Source: Chromera velia
Lineage: Eukaryota
DNA length: 64,000 bases
NCBI GenBank assembly: GCA_018398765.1
Contig: JAHBMJ010000112.1
Coordinates: 62,001 to 126,000, forward strand
Reading direction: 5' to 3'
Below are positions 24,883-36,400 of this stretch, one piece after another (the first letter of the stretch is position 1; each line of letters opens with the position of its first letter). Made by a program: the position numbers and the translations under genes. The notes below the pieces were generated by a model. The model had not been told where the DNA came from, made no database searches, and saw nothing but the letters and a program-made list of their open reading frames with translations.

Positions 24883-24932
24883 GACAGACAGACACACACA
24901 CACACACACACACACAGACAGACACACACACG

Positions 24933-24967
<35 letters not shown>

Positions 24968-25016
24968 ACGCACACGCACACGCATGCACATTCAGTGTCA
25001 TTCACACGCGCGCGCG

Positions 25017-25072
<56 letters not shown>

Positions 25073-25187
25073 CACACACACAAACACACATACACATACA
25101 CATATACACACACACATGCACACACACACACACACACACACGCACACACACGCACACACACGCACACACACGCACACATACGCACAC

Positions 25188-25218
<31 letters not shown>

Positions 25219-25224
25219 TGTATG

Positions 25225-25261
<37 letters not shown>

Positions 25262-25312
25262 TGATATACGCATATACATAGTATACACAGACACAGATAT
25301 GCACCCACGCGC
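24730..25312. repeat. Compound (CA)n/(TA)n/(CG)n microsatellite
   Basis: Direct inspection. Confidence 0.97.
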
Positions 25313-25832
25313 GCACGGACGGGTAATATTTTGGGTTTATGAGTCAGATTTTTTTGCGTTACTTTTTATTTACTTTTAAGCGGCCACTTTTTAGAATTTA
25401 GCTAAAATTCTAGGCTAAAATTGCTGCTAAATATAACGTTATAGTGTCCTTATTCTAGCCTTTATTACTCGACGTGCTGTCTTGTTTCTTTTTTTTTTGT
25501 TCCTAGTTTTGTTCGTCTCGTAAAAGAGTACCAGATTTTAGGATGAATGAAATGTTAATAAGGGTGTTGTCTCAGTAAGTAAAACTTGAATTGTTATATA
25601 TATCGTTACTTGATTCAGGAGTCTGGTCTTTTCATATTGTTTAATGAAGCAGCCGTACAGTAGTGACCAGATTTGATTTCTAGTTTAATTTGATGGATTT
25701 GAATCATTTGATTTGATTTGATTTGATTTGAGCTTCAAGCTCAAATTTAACCAGATTTGAGGTAGATTTGAGGTTGAAGTCTAGAGGTCACTCTCGATAG
25801 TACTGAAGACGACATGACACAGTTGACACCAC

Positions 25833-25886
25833 TAGGATAGGATAGGATTAATGTCTGAAGGATTGGCCTCCTGCCCTAATGCTGAG
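25833..25886 (-). mobile_element. Short dispersed repeat with a (TAGGA[T])n end; possible non-LTR retroelement 3' end, copy 1
   Basis: TAGGATAGGATAGGATTAATGTCTGAAGGATTGGCCTCCTGCCCTAATGCTGA matches 53393-53447. Confidence 0.5.
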
Positions 25887-26398
25887 CGCTCGACGTGCGG
25901 CATCCAGGAAAAGCGCATATACATACATCGGACCTTCCTGTCGCACAGGTAAAAAAAAACCTTAGAAAGCCCTAGAGACAAATCCTAAAAAGCCCTAGAG
26001 ACAAGAAAATCACTAAAAACTATTACCCCGGTCACTGCGGTTAAATATGATAAACCAGTTAGTAGCTTTTACTTGATAAGATGTTTTCTATCATGTCATC
26101 ATATGATGAAGCGACTTGTAAGTTAGTAAGCCAAGTTTGATATGGAGGTTCATCCATCATTGCTTGTAACTCGACTTATAAATTTTGTCCAACCAAGTCT
26201 ATCAACCGCATTCAACCGCGCATGTATATGACTCCATGGATGCATTTGTAAAAACTAAAAGGCCACACACTGCCAGACATAAACAGATGTGTGCACTTCG
26301 ATCTTTTAATTGTTACAGTATATATAGGGTACTTCTTGAAGTCTTCTTTGGACCGATGCTATTGAACAAAGCTATGCAAACTATGAGTCAATGGTTAG

Positions 26399-29300
26399 AG
26401 TGAGTTGGTATGGAAGTAATGAATAGATGCGTCATAGTGTGTTGATGATGTCGCACGCAGTGAGAGTGAGCGGCTCGCCCACGTTATACCGCTGGCCGCG
26501 AGTGGCCACAACGCCGGCGGGTGCGCGGGGATAAACAATTAATTGATCTGCATGCAGTCGTGCTTCTAGTAGGCACGATTGTCTCCATGAGAAACGGCGT
26601 GATCCTCTTTGAGTTACATAGCTAGAAGAGAAACAGATGAACAGCACCACAATATGAATGCGTAGGCAGACTATGGGTGGATTAAAGAGTTTGCTAGGCA
26701 TGTGGTGATGTAGGGACAGCTGATCGATAGAGTTCGACAGCTGAAAAGCTCCTAGAACGGTTAAACGTTTACTGGCGCCCTCGATTGGGAAGACGATGTA
26801 GCGTTGAAAACCGTCTTACAAGGTTGAGAGCCTTGGTAAGAGTCGAGAGAAAAAGGCAATACGCAAGCAGTTTGTTTGTTGTCAGTTCTCTTCTGCCTCC
26901 GATCTGTCGTCCTGAGTCCTTTTGTTTTACTTGTTGACTTGGAGACTAGGGTATTTGACTAGTTTAATTATGACTGAGATTTTATAGGTAAGATCATACA
27001 AAACATATAATAAAAACATAGATTACATAAACATTTCAGGCTAAAGGAACGTGGTTCATCTTAAAAAGCTTAAATCCGGTGAAATTAAGTATGATTACGA
27101 GAAAAAATAATCATATACCCCCCCTTTTATGGTATGTCTCTTACAACTGATTACGGATTACGAGATTACGGCATCTTTTGAAAGACCACCAATATTTTTT
27201 TTCCTTGTATGCCGTCACCCATCTCCCAGAAAGCACAAGGCTTCTCGCTGTAGCTCATATAATCACAATAAAAATTATTAATTTTCTTCTTCTGCAGTCT
27301 TTTGAGCGCCTATTAAGGATTCAGGCTAGGGATTCAGGGGCAAAGGAAGAGGGGGAGACTGCTAGGGAGACTGATGGAAGAGGCGTTAAGTTGACTACTC
27401 GGCCTCTCTCGGGACGCCGCAAAGCAACAACAGCCGCCGCAAGCCTGGTTCTATTGCAGCCCAAAATTTGCCTTAATACTATTGGTCTTGCTGTTGTTTT
27501 TTATTGGTTACACCATGCAAAAGTCGTAGGAAAAGACTAGGGAAAAAGTCTGTTCATAGAGGAGGATGAGCTGCAAAAAGTCGAAGAACTAGGTTGAAGA
27601 AGCGTTCAAAAAGCTCCTCATGAAGGACTCTAATGTTGTCATGGATGTTGAGATTGAAGTCTAGTGATGACATTATCACATCATGACGGTTTTCTTCTAT
27701 TTTTTGAAGGAGGGTCCAGGGAGGGGGGCTGTTTACCCTATTTTACTATATATTACGGATTACGAGTTTATGAGCCCTTTCTAGATGTCACCTGGAGATA
27801 AGAGTTTCATCGCAGATTGCAAGCAAACCAGTGAGTATTCTGATGAGATGTTGACTTTGTTTGAAGTAATTTAATATAATAAGTTCTAAAAAAATGGTTT
27901 TTAGTGTAGAAGTGACGTTAAATACTAACATACCCTATGTGTAACCCCTAAAATTCATCTAGTAATATTTTAAGTCGATTACCCAGACTTGGAGACGGCG
28001 TCTCTTCTTCCTGAAGATTCTGGGCTTCATAGAACTGGTGACACAATGCCTCTTCCGGTAGTACTGCAGAGCTGGAGATGACCGTTTAGATGAAAAAAAA
28101 GGTTGTGAGGAGGAGACTAGGTCCTTTAAATGGAAAACGAGGCTGATAGAAAGCTGTTGGCGTGCCGATTCATGTGTGACGAGCGGTGGTGAGGCCTGTT
28201 TGGGCAGACTTCAATGCGAGCAGAAGAAGAAGGCAAGCTATCTAGGGGGGGTTACGGTTTGGGCCTCCAAAAGCGGCAGTAAGGTGTGGTATTTGCAGTA
28301 GTATGCAGAGAAGAAGAGGGTGAAAAGTGCGGAAATGTGTGGAAAAATCTTGAGGCAAGCGATGACAGAGACGCTTGCAGAGATAAATGGAGACGGATGG
28401 TTGCAGTCCACACGATTCCGTGCACAAAGTCCTTCCTGTGCTTTCCCTGTTTGTCCTTGCATCAATGAATGGTGTGTTTTGCACTGGAAGAGAGTGTGGA
28501 GACAGGGAGGTAATAGAAGAGAGAAGAAGGCAATTTGAAACCGGCGAATGAATTGGAAGGCTTTTTGCTTACTCTCTTGCAGACAGAAGCATGCACGTCC
28601 TGAAAGTGAGAAAGAAACAAATACGCACAAATTGAAAATAGAATTCTGGATGTATGTAGAGTTACAGACAGGCAGATAGTCTGAAGAAAAAGAAGTGAGA
28701 CGAAAAGAAAATGGAGGGAGGTAAAGGTGCAGCTCAAGGCGAGCGTATCAGAAATGATAAAGAGCAGCGGCAGAAGCCAGCTAAGAAAAGAAGGGAGAGA
28801 GGTAAACTTTAAGGTGTAGCTCACGGCGAGCGTGTCAGAAATAACAAAGAGCAGCGGCAGAAGCCAGCTGAGTGAGAGAAGAACTAGTGACGACTGGTTC
28901 AAAATTGAATGCTCATTACGAGCGCAGCTTAAGGCTGAAGGACAGGGGGGCGGAACAGCTACAGTATTTTGCCTCGACTGTCAATGACTGTCAGTGAATC
29001 GACAGTGATTGTTCTGTCAATGAAGTGCATACTTGATTCGTCTCCTCTGATCGTTTCGATGAAAGGGGGGAGTGAGTTGGTATGGAAGTAATGAATAGAT
29101 GCGTCGTAGTGTATTGATGATGTCGTATGCAGTGAGAGCGAGCGGCTCGCCCACGTCATACCGCTGGCCGTGAGTGGCCACAACGCCGGCGGGTGCGCGG
29201 GGATGAGCAATTGATTGATCTGCATGCAGTCGTACTTCTAGTAGGCACGATCGTCTCCATGAGAAACGGCGTGATCCTCTTTGAGTTACATAGCTAGAAG

Positions 29301-29445
29301 AGAAACAGATGAACAGCACTACAATGTGAATGCGTAGGTAGACTATGGGTAGATTAAAGAGTTTGCTAGGCATGTGGTGATATAGGGAGAGTTGATTGAT
29401 AGAGTTCGACAGCTGAAAAGCTTCTAGAACGGTTAAACGTTTACT
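26399..29445 (+). mobile_element. Non-autonomous LTR retroelement, copy 1; 375-bp LTRs with AGT...ACT termini
   Basis: LTRs at 26399-26773 and 29071-29445 (21 mismatches by hand count). PBS TGGCGCCCTCGATTGGGA at 26773-26790 overlaps the last LTR base. PPT GAAAGGGGGG at 29061-29070. Flanks GGTTAG / GTTTAG. No recognisable gag/pol. Confidence 0.88.
26947..27985. mobile_element. 1.04-kb insertion nested in LTR element 1, 10-11 bp target duplication (Mutator-like length)
   Basis: GACTTGGAGAC duplicated at 26936-26946 and 27986-27996. Imperfect TIR GGGTATTTGACT / AGTCGATTACCC. The empty site is visible in copy 2 at ~49256-49270. Confidence 0.85.
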
Positions 29446-29537
29446 GTTTAGTACACAGAGTTCACTTCCAATGTTGTTAAAAGCCTTAAAAACTATATAA
29501 CTATAAGTGCAAAAGGAAACAAATTCAGTAAAAGCCG

Positions 29538-29765
29538 AACCTCCCTGAACCTAAGTGCCACTTAAAAAAATATCATCAAGATGATCTCTATCTGCGGCAT
29601 CGTTTTTCAAGAGACCATCCACGCCTGCGGTGTACACGGTCAAGACATCGTCCAGATTTGTGGCTTTGGCTTTCAAGATACCGTAGCTTATCCAAAAATG
29701 CGGCTTGATCTTTCTGTTTGGGAGTAAGCTTTCACGTGTTCCTGGTCGATGAGTTCTTTGTGGAG
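29538..29765. mobile_element. Truncated end of the TIR element family also found at 50199-50432
   Basis: Begins AACCTCCCTGAACCTAAGTGCCACTT and aligns with 50199-50400; no second TIR seen. Confidence 0.75.
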
Positions 29766-29860
29766 CATGCAGGCCGGGGTCGACCATGGCCGGGGCCGAC
29801 CGGCCGGGGCCGACCATGCGCATGGATGGCAGGCCGGCATGCAATGCGTTGCAATGCAGA
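29764..29860. promoter_or_regulatory. GC-rich island with GCATGC motifs upstream of the LRR gene
   Basis: Repeated GGCCGGGG(T/C)CGACC flanked by GCATGC. Confidence 0.45.
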
Positions 29861-30219
29861 AAAAGGTGAAGAACACTCATAGAAGGCAAGATGCATACTG
29901 GCCCGACAAAGGACCAGAGAGACACAAAGAAACCATAGAAGACTCAGATTGAAAATGATTGAAATCCACATGGGAATGTTTTAATAGACACTTTTCGACA
30001 CGTCCCGCCCGGCACCCCCTGTTTGTGATTCTGATGTGTTTGCAAATACTGTGAAAGCAGAGAAGGTTACTTCAGTCGTGACTAGTGGACAAAATCCGTA
30101 ATCTCGGTTCACCATCCGGCTCAGGCCAGAGACCGTCTCCACTCCAGCTGAAAGCTCACGAACGCATACGATCCCGTTCATTTCTTGCCATCCATCTCCT
30201 GCCTATTTGCTCGAAGAAG

Positions 30220-33200
30220 ATGCTGAGATCACCCGAAGAAGCTGGAGGCTCGAACAGGGGTGCGTCTCTGGTTTGGGCTTCTCTGCCCGTTTGGTCCCTT
30301 TCAAGGAGACTGGCACGTGTGAATATTTTTTATCATGTTTTTCTTTCTTGACTGCAGGAGCCACGCAAACGGAGCCAGAGATCGCCCGCCCCAACGAACT
30401 CACACTCACAGCACTGGCTTCCGTTCTTGCCCACACCAGCCCCACGGAAGAGGTCAGGGCTTTAATGCATGTCACTGAGACGTTTAACATCGTGCAGGGC
30501 TTTAATGCATGTCACTGAGACGTTTAACATCGTGCAGGGCTTTAATGCAATGATGTCACTGAGACGTTTAACATCGTGGTGGCCGAAGAGACGCCTCAAG
30601 ACTCTCGCCTGTCTTCAGCCCGAAACAGTAGTCAATTAGACATTGTCAAGAGATGTCGTAGATTCGAGGAATTCAGAGAGTAGACGAAATCATCTTCTCT
30701 ACCCGCACACAAGTCGGCAGACAGGACAGAAGAGCCAAGGCGGTGCGATGCTGTTCTCTCCTTTTTTCTTCTACCACACACACGAACGTGCACACATGTA
30801 CATGGAAATAGGCTCGACCACCGTGCTTGTTCCCTGCAGCTAATTTCGCTGCTGGCCTCCGACAAGGAGAGCTACGGCGTCGCATGGCTCCTCTTGCATT
30901 TCATGAAGAGCGTCAGTTTTTTTTCTTTTGGTTCAAGCTGCTGCATTTGTCGTCTCTACATTTTTTGCTTCGGCTGAACATTCTGAACATGCTCAACCAG
31001 TCCCACTTGTGCATACAGTGAGGAAGGCCCAGGATAAGAGGGACGTCGAAACACGATGAGACAGTTCATCGAGAAGTCCAGGCAGGATTCGAAGACACCT
31101 CTCTGACACATCGATTCAGTCCCTCTGTTGCGTGCGTCACGCGGCAGATCATTCAGGCCTCTCATGAAAGACGTTCTCTTTTTAAAACATTTCCTCCAAA
31201 TTTGCTTGCAGAAAAGGATTACCCAATTCCCTCTTCTGAATCTGGACCTCTCAGGTCAGTCACGCGGTATGACCGGCTGCAAGCGGAAAGCCGATGCTCT
31301 TCCCCGTCTCCCCCATTCTCCCCCCCCCACCCACCCGGGCCCACCGCCTAGCTCTGTTGCTTGCATGGATGGGCTTCGTTCTCTCTTTTCTCGCCCCACA
31401 CACACATGCACCGAGAGAGGTTCATGTTTCTGCTGTTCCTCACTGGTCAACACAGCTCTGTCTGTCACTGTGTCCGTGTGCGTGCTTGTGTGTTTGCGTG
31501 TTTGTGTGTGTGTGTGTGTGTGTACGTGTGTGTGTGCATCCAGATCTTCCAGGAAGAAAGAAGACTTCCTTCTCCTCTCCGTCCCATTCTTCTTCCCTCT
31601 GCTTTTCGGTACCTGCTTTTCCACGTCTTTCTCCAACTTTGGCCTCTTCCTTCCTCTTTTTTCCCCTCTTGTGCATGCCCTCTTTTACGTCCATCTGTTT
31701 TGCTCCGCACTCGCGCTTCCTCACCGCCCGTTTGTCGTTTTGTCCTGTCCGCCTTGCCCCTCGAGTGCAAAACAGAACAGAGACGTTCATGCGTAATGCC
31801 GCCATGTGACTCTGACGTGAGAATGCAGACACCCACAAAAACTAAATAAATAAAAATACCTGCATGCATACCTGCAGAGTACTCTCTCGGTCCACGGAAG
31901 CTCCGTCTGTTCCTCGCCTCCCTTCCCGGAGGATTCGAAGCCACTGAGTCCATCACATGCGGTCAGCTGGACTCTGTCCTTCCTTCTTCTCACTCATTCC
32001 CGGAAGCCGTCTGAATCTTCTTTTTGTCGTTCTGCGTTCTTCTAGGAAGAGCCTTCATCTCCATACTCCTGGCCCGTGTGTCTCCCTTTTAGCCCTCGTG
32101 TCCGAGCAAAGAAAAGATTCGAAGAGACAGTTCAATAGGAGGACACGGCCTTTCGTTGCAGTCCAAATTTTCGTTTCCGCGTATTAAGAGAGAAATACCT
32201 CATCCGCTTTCTCGATGTCCACTTCTTCATGCATATACCAACTCATGAAAGAAGAAAAAGATCCCGGCTCTCTTCCATACAACTGCAGGTCCTGCCGTGT
32301 GCAAGGAGCCTGTCCTCTCTGCCCTCGTCCTGGCACTCCAACGGCTGAAGGGACTGGAGGCACAGAAGAAGGGAGCCTCAGGACTGAAGACGCTCTGCCT
32401 CGCCAGTCAGTCGACGTCGTCACATGTTCTAAGCCTCAGATTTAGCACTGACATGAAGGCGTTCCCTTTTCGCGCCCACCTCTTTTTGTGTACTTGTTTG
32501 CCTTCCGACTGATTTGCATTCATTTAGAGACACAACACCATAAGGGGAGTCTGGTTGTCGAGATTTTGTACTTCGTTTTTGACTGCGAATCCACAGGATC
32601 GGATCAGTTGGTTGATTGACAGACCGGAAGAGAGATTATCTCGAATCCGCCAGACACTTCATGCAGTTTGCAAGAACTGTTGTCTGCGGTGAAGTGCAAT
32701 CGGTTTTATTGAGCTTGGGCAAATACAGGTGAATCGATGCCGCACTAAGAACGCAAACAGAGCCGGTTTGGGAAGGCAGAAAGAGACGGGTGGGGGCGTA
32801 CATGAAACAACCTAGTGACTTGCATAGATGATTGACTAAAAAAAAGGCAAGGAAAGGAAAGGAAAGAATCGCAGGAGGAGCACTCCGGCCTCGAAGGTTT
32901 CCCCTCCCCTCCCTGCCTCCGTTCCTTCCTGCCTTCCTGCATGTTTCTTTCTTTCTTTCTTTCTTTCTTTTCTTTCTTTCTTTCTTTTCTTTCTTTCTTT
33001 TCTTCTTTCTTTTCTTTCTTTCTTTCTTTCTTTCTTTCTTTTCTTTCTTTCTTTCTTTCTTTTCTTTCTTTCTTTCTTTCTTTCTTTTCTTTCTTTCTTT
33101 CTTTTCTTTCTTTCTTTCTTTCTTTCTTTCTTTTCTTCCTTGCTTCTTTCTTTCTTTCTTTCTTTCTTTTCTTTCTTTCTTTCTTTCTTTTCTTTCTTTC

Positions 33201-33369
33201 TTTCTTTTCTTTCTTTCTTTCTTTCTTTCTTTCTTTTTTTTCTTTCTTTCTTTCTTTCTTTTTTTTTCTTCTTTCTTTCTTTCTTTCTTTCTTTTCTTTC
33301 TTTCTTTCTTTTCTTTCTTTCTTTCTTTCTTTCTTTTCTTTCTTTCTTTCTTTCTTTCTTTCTTTTTTT

Positions 33370-33401
<32 letters not shown>

Positions 33402-36400
33402 TTCTTTCTTTCTTTTTTTTCTTTCTTTCTTTCTTTCTTTCTTTCCTTTCTTTCTTTCTTTCTTTCTTTTCTTTCTTTCTTTCTTTCTTTCTTTCTTTTC
33501 TTTCTTTCTTTCTTTCTTTCTTTTCTTTCTTTCTTTTCTTTCTTTCTTTCTTTCTTTTCTTTCCTTCTTTCCTTCTTTCCTTTCTTTCTTTCTTTCTTTC
33601 TTTCTTTTCTTTCTTTCTTTCTTTCTTTTCTTTCTTTTCTTTCTTTCTTTCTTTCTTCCTTTCTTTTCTTTCTTTCTTTCTTCCTTTCTTCCTTTCTTCT
33701 CTTTCTTTTCTTTCTTTTCTTTCTTTTCTTTCTTTTCTTTCTTTCTTTCTTTCTTTTCTTTCTTTCTTTCTTTCCTTCCTTGCTTTTTTCTTTCTTTTCT
33801 TTCTTTCTTTCTTTCTTTTCTTTCTTTCTTTTCTTTCTTTTCTTTCTTTCCTTTCTTTCTTTCTTTCCTTTCTTTCTTTCTTTCTTTCTTTCTTTTGTTT
33901 CTTTCTTTCTTTCTTTCTTTCTTTCCTTTTTTTCTTTCTTTCTTTTCTTTCTTTCTTTCTTTCTTTTCTTTCTTTCTTTTCTTTCTTTCTTTTTTTCTTT
34001 TTTTCTTTCTTTCGTTCTTTCGTTCTTTCATTCTTTCTTTCTTTCTTTCTTTGCTGACCTGCATGCCTGCAGAGACGATGCTGAAGGAACATCCGGCCAA
34101 TGCACTCCTCCACTCCACCCCCTCTTCTCTCGAAAACCTGGATCTGAGCGGTAGGGTTTTTTTTTTTCTTCCTCTGTGTGTCTCTGCATGTCTCAGAGGC
34201 CGTGGACATCCACTGAAGAGAGAACCCGCATGGATTGTTTGTAAGTGTGGCTAGCTAGTCAGCTACACCGCTTGGGGGGGGGATCTGAGGGCGCGCGCGG
34301 AGGTGAAAGGCAGCCAGGGAGGCTTTTTGATACAAGAAAGAAGAGGGAGACATGTCATTGCATGCAGAGAAAGAACTGTATCAAGAGAAGAAAGAATTTT
34401 CATGACCGCAGCATGGCTTCTCTTTTGTTTCTCGTCGCCTCTCTGCGTGCTCTCTGTCGTTTCACGCGTTTGTTCGGGGCTTCTCAAACGACGTGAATGG
34501 TGTTTGTGTCCAGTGATGACCAGCGGCAAGAGAAGAGAGAGTTTTGTTTGTTCATTTTTTGAATCCGCACGAGACCGTCCTCTGTCTCTGAATCCGTCGT
34601 GCGAGCGGGCCGCAGTTGATATTCGGTTGGATCGATGGAATTTATTTTCATTTTTTCTTTCTTTCATTTTCCTAGATCCTTAGGGTGCCTCCTGTTTGCT
34701 TGTGTTGCCGAGTCAAATTTCTTCCACTTGATGCCTTCTTTTCTGCTTCTCTGCAGCGAATTGTCTCCGCACCTCGTCTCTCGAGACCCTAGGCTACCTG
34801 ATTTCTTCCAAGTGGCTTCCCAGCATCATCAGCCTTGACCTGAGCAAAAACCTCCTGGGACCTCCAGGTGTGTCGGCCCTGTCCAACGGCCTGGCCTCGG
34901 GCCCTAGTCTTCCCCTGGAGACGCTCAGACTCTTCGGGGCACAGGCAAAGACTGAGGGCATCCAGGCCCTCTCAGAGGCTCTCAAAGCCAAAAAGACCAC
35001 CCGTCTCCGGACCCTAGACCTCGGGCATAACTATGTATGGCCTGCCGGCCTGCAGCACTTTGCAGACGCTGCCGGTGAAGGGGCGCTGCCCGAGTTGAGA
35101 GTTCTCATCCTCAAACAGAATGCTCTCACCCTCACAAACGGTACCAACCCCACTGAAACAGATTATGCCCCCCTCACCCAACTCCTCGCATCAACAGATT
35201 GGCCCAACCTGGAGGAGTTGGACTTGCGTATTTGCTGCGTCGGCAGTGAGGGAGGGCAGGTGTGTGCACAGGGAATTGCGGGGGGGAAGTTTCCAAAACT
35301 CCGCATCCTAAACCTCTGTCATGCCCGAGTGAGAGCCAGTGGAATCGTCGCTCTCGGCAATGCTCTCGCCGAGGGCAAAAGTCCTGCGCTGCAGGTTCTG
35401 GACGTGACCGGAGATCTGGGGGAGCCGGCGGGGGGGGGCGAGGAGTGGACGGCAGGACTTGCACGCGCAATGGATCTCAGCCATTTGTCTCATCTGTCGT
35501 CCCTTCTCGCAGAGAGTCGAGCCGACATTTTTGGGGAGGGGTTTGCCAGTCTCTCCCAAAGCCTCGCAAAGGGGAAGTGTCCTCAGATCAAAATACTCGA
35601 AATAGACGCGTGCACCCATCATCCGGGGGCCAGCGTTGATGAGGGGGTTGAAAATTTGGCAGGGGCCCTTAGGGAGAGCAAGCTCCCTCTCCTGGAAAGA
35701 CTGGTTCTGCGTGCAGGTCTTACCGAACCTGCGGGCGGGGGTCCGCAGGCTGCTCTTGGTCGAGGGTTGGGGGCGGGTGGGTTGTCATGTCTGCAGGCAC
35801 TTGTTTTGATGTGGAAAGCGCAGGATGAGCAGGGGATGTGGGGACTTGCAGAGGGGTTAGAGGCTGAGGGTTTGCCTGCATTGAGGGAACTCAAGTTGAC
35901 CATGTTTTATCATGGGGGGGGGGAGGGGAGCAGAGCTTTAGGGCGGGCTGTGGGATCAGGAAAGCTGCCGTCTCTTCGTGATGTCTATCTGAATTGGACG
36001 GGCAATCAGGGGTTCGCTTCCCTCTGTGATGGCATTTTGACACCGGGGGCGCCGCGGAGGCTCGCTGAGCGACGAGTCGAAGTAAAAATCCACCTGAACG
36101 GATCTCAAGTAGAGATTCCTGAACAGGAGAGGGACGCAGCTTTGTTCGGCTTAGCCGCCTGCATACGCTCAGGTGCTGTGCCTAAGCTGACGTCTCTGAT
36201 GCTAGGTATGGGTGCGAGAGGTTTGCAGGTAGGCCCACAAGCTGCTAGAGCCTTTGGAGAGTCGTTAACCCACCCCGAAGCCAAACTTGATTCTCTGCGA
36301 ACCCTGATTCTGACAGATAGTCTGTTCAGAGGCAACACAGTCGAGGAGCAAGAGAGGGGGTTGTCTGCCCTCCTGGAAGGGATGGCTGGGGGTAGTGGCA

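Noticed and set aside
24704..25379. HT/CV-rich ORFs
   Set aside because: (CA)n/(TG)n microsatellite translations.
26432..26701. Repeated minus-strand ORF MPSKLFN.. (also 29017-29373)
   Set aside because: Lies within the LTRs, has no recognisable domain and is disrupted in the other copies.
26399..29445. APOBEC-type editing during reverse transcription as the cause of the transitions
   Set aside because: That predicts one-strand G->A in retroelements only; here both directions occur within a copy, and DNA-transposon TIRs, TSDs and tandem duplicates are also affected.
32745..34254. ORFs of 305-457 aa (KKER / FLSF)
   Set aside because: (CTTT)n intron microsatellite; only 34073-34150 is exonic.
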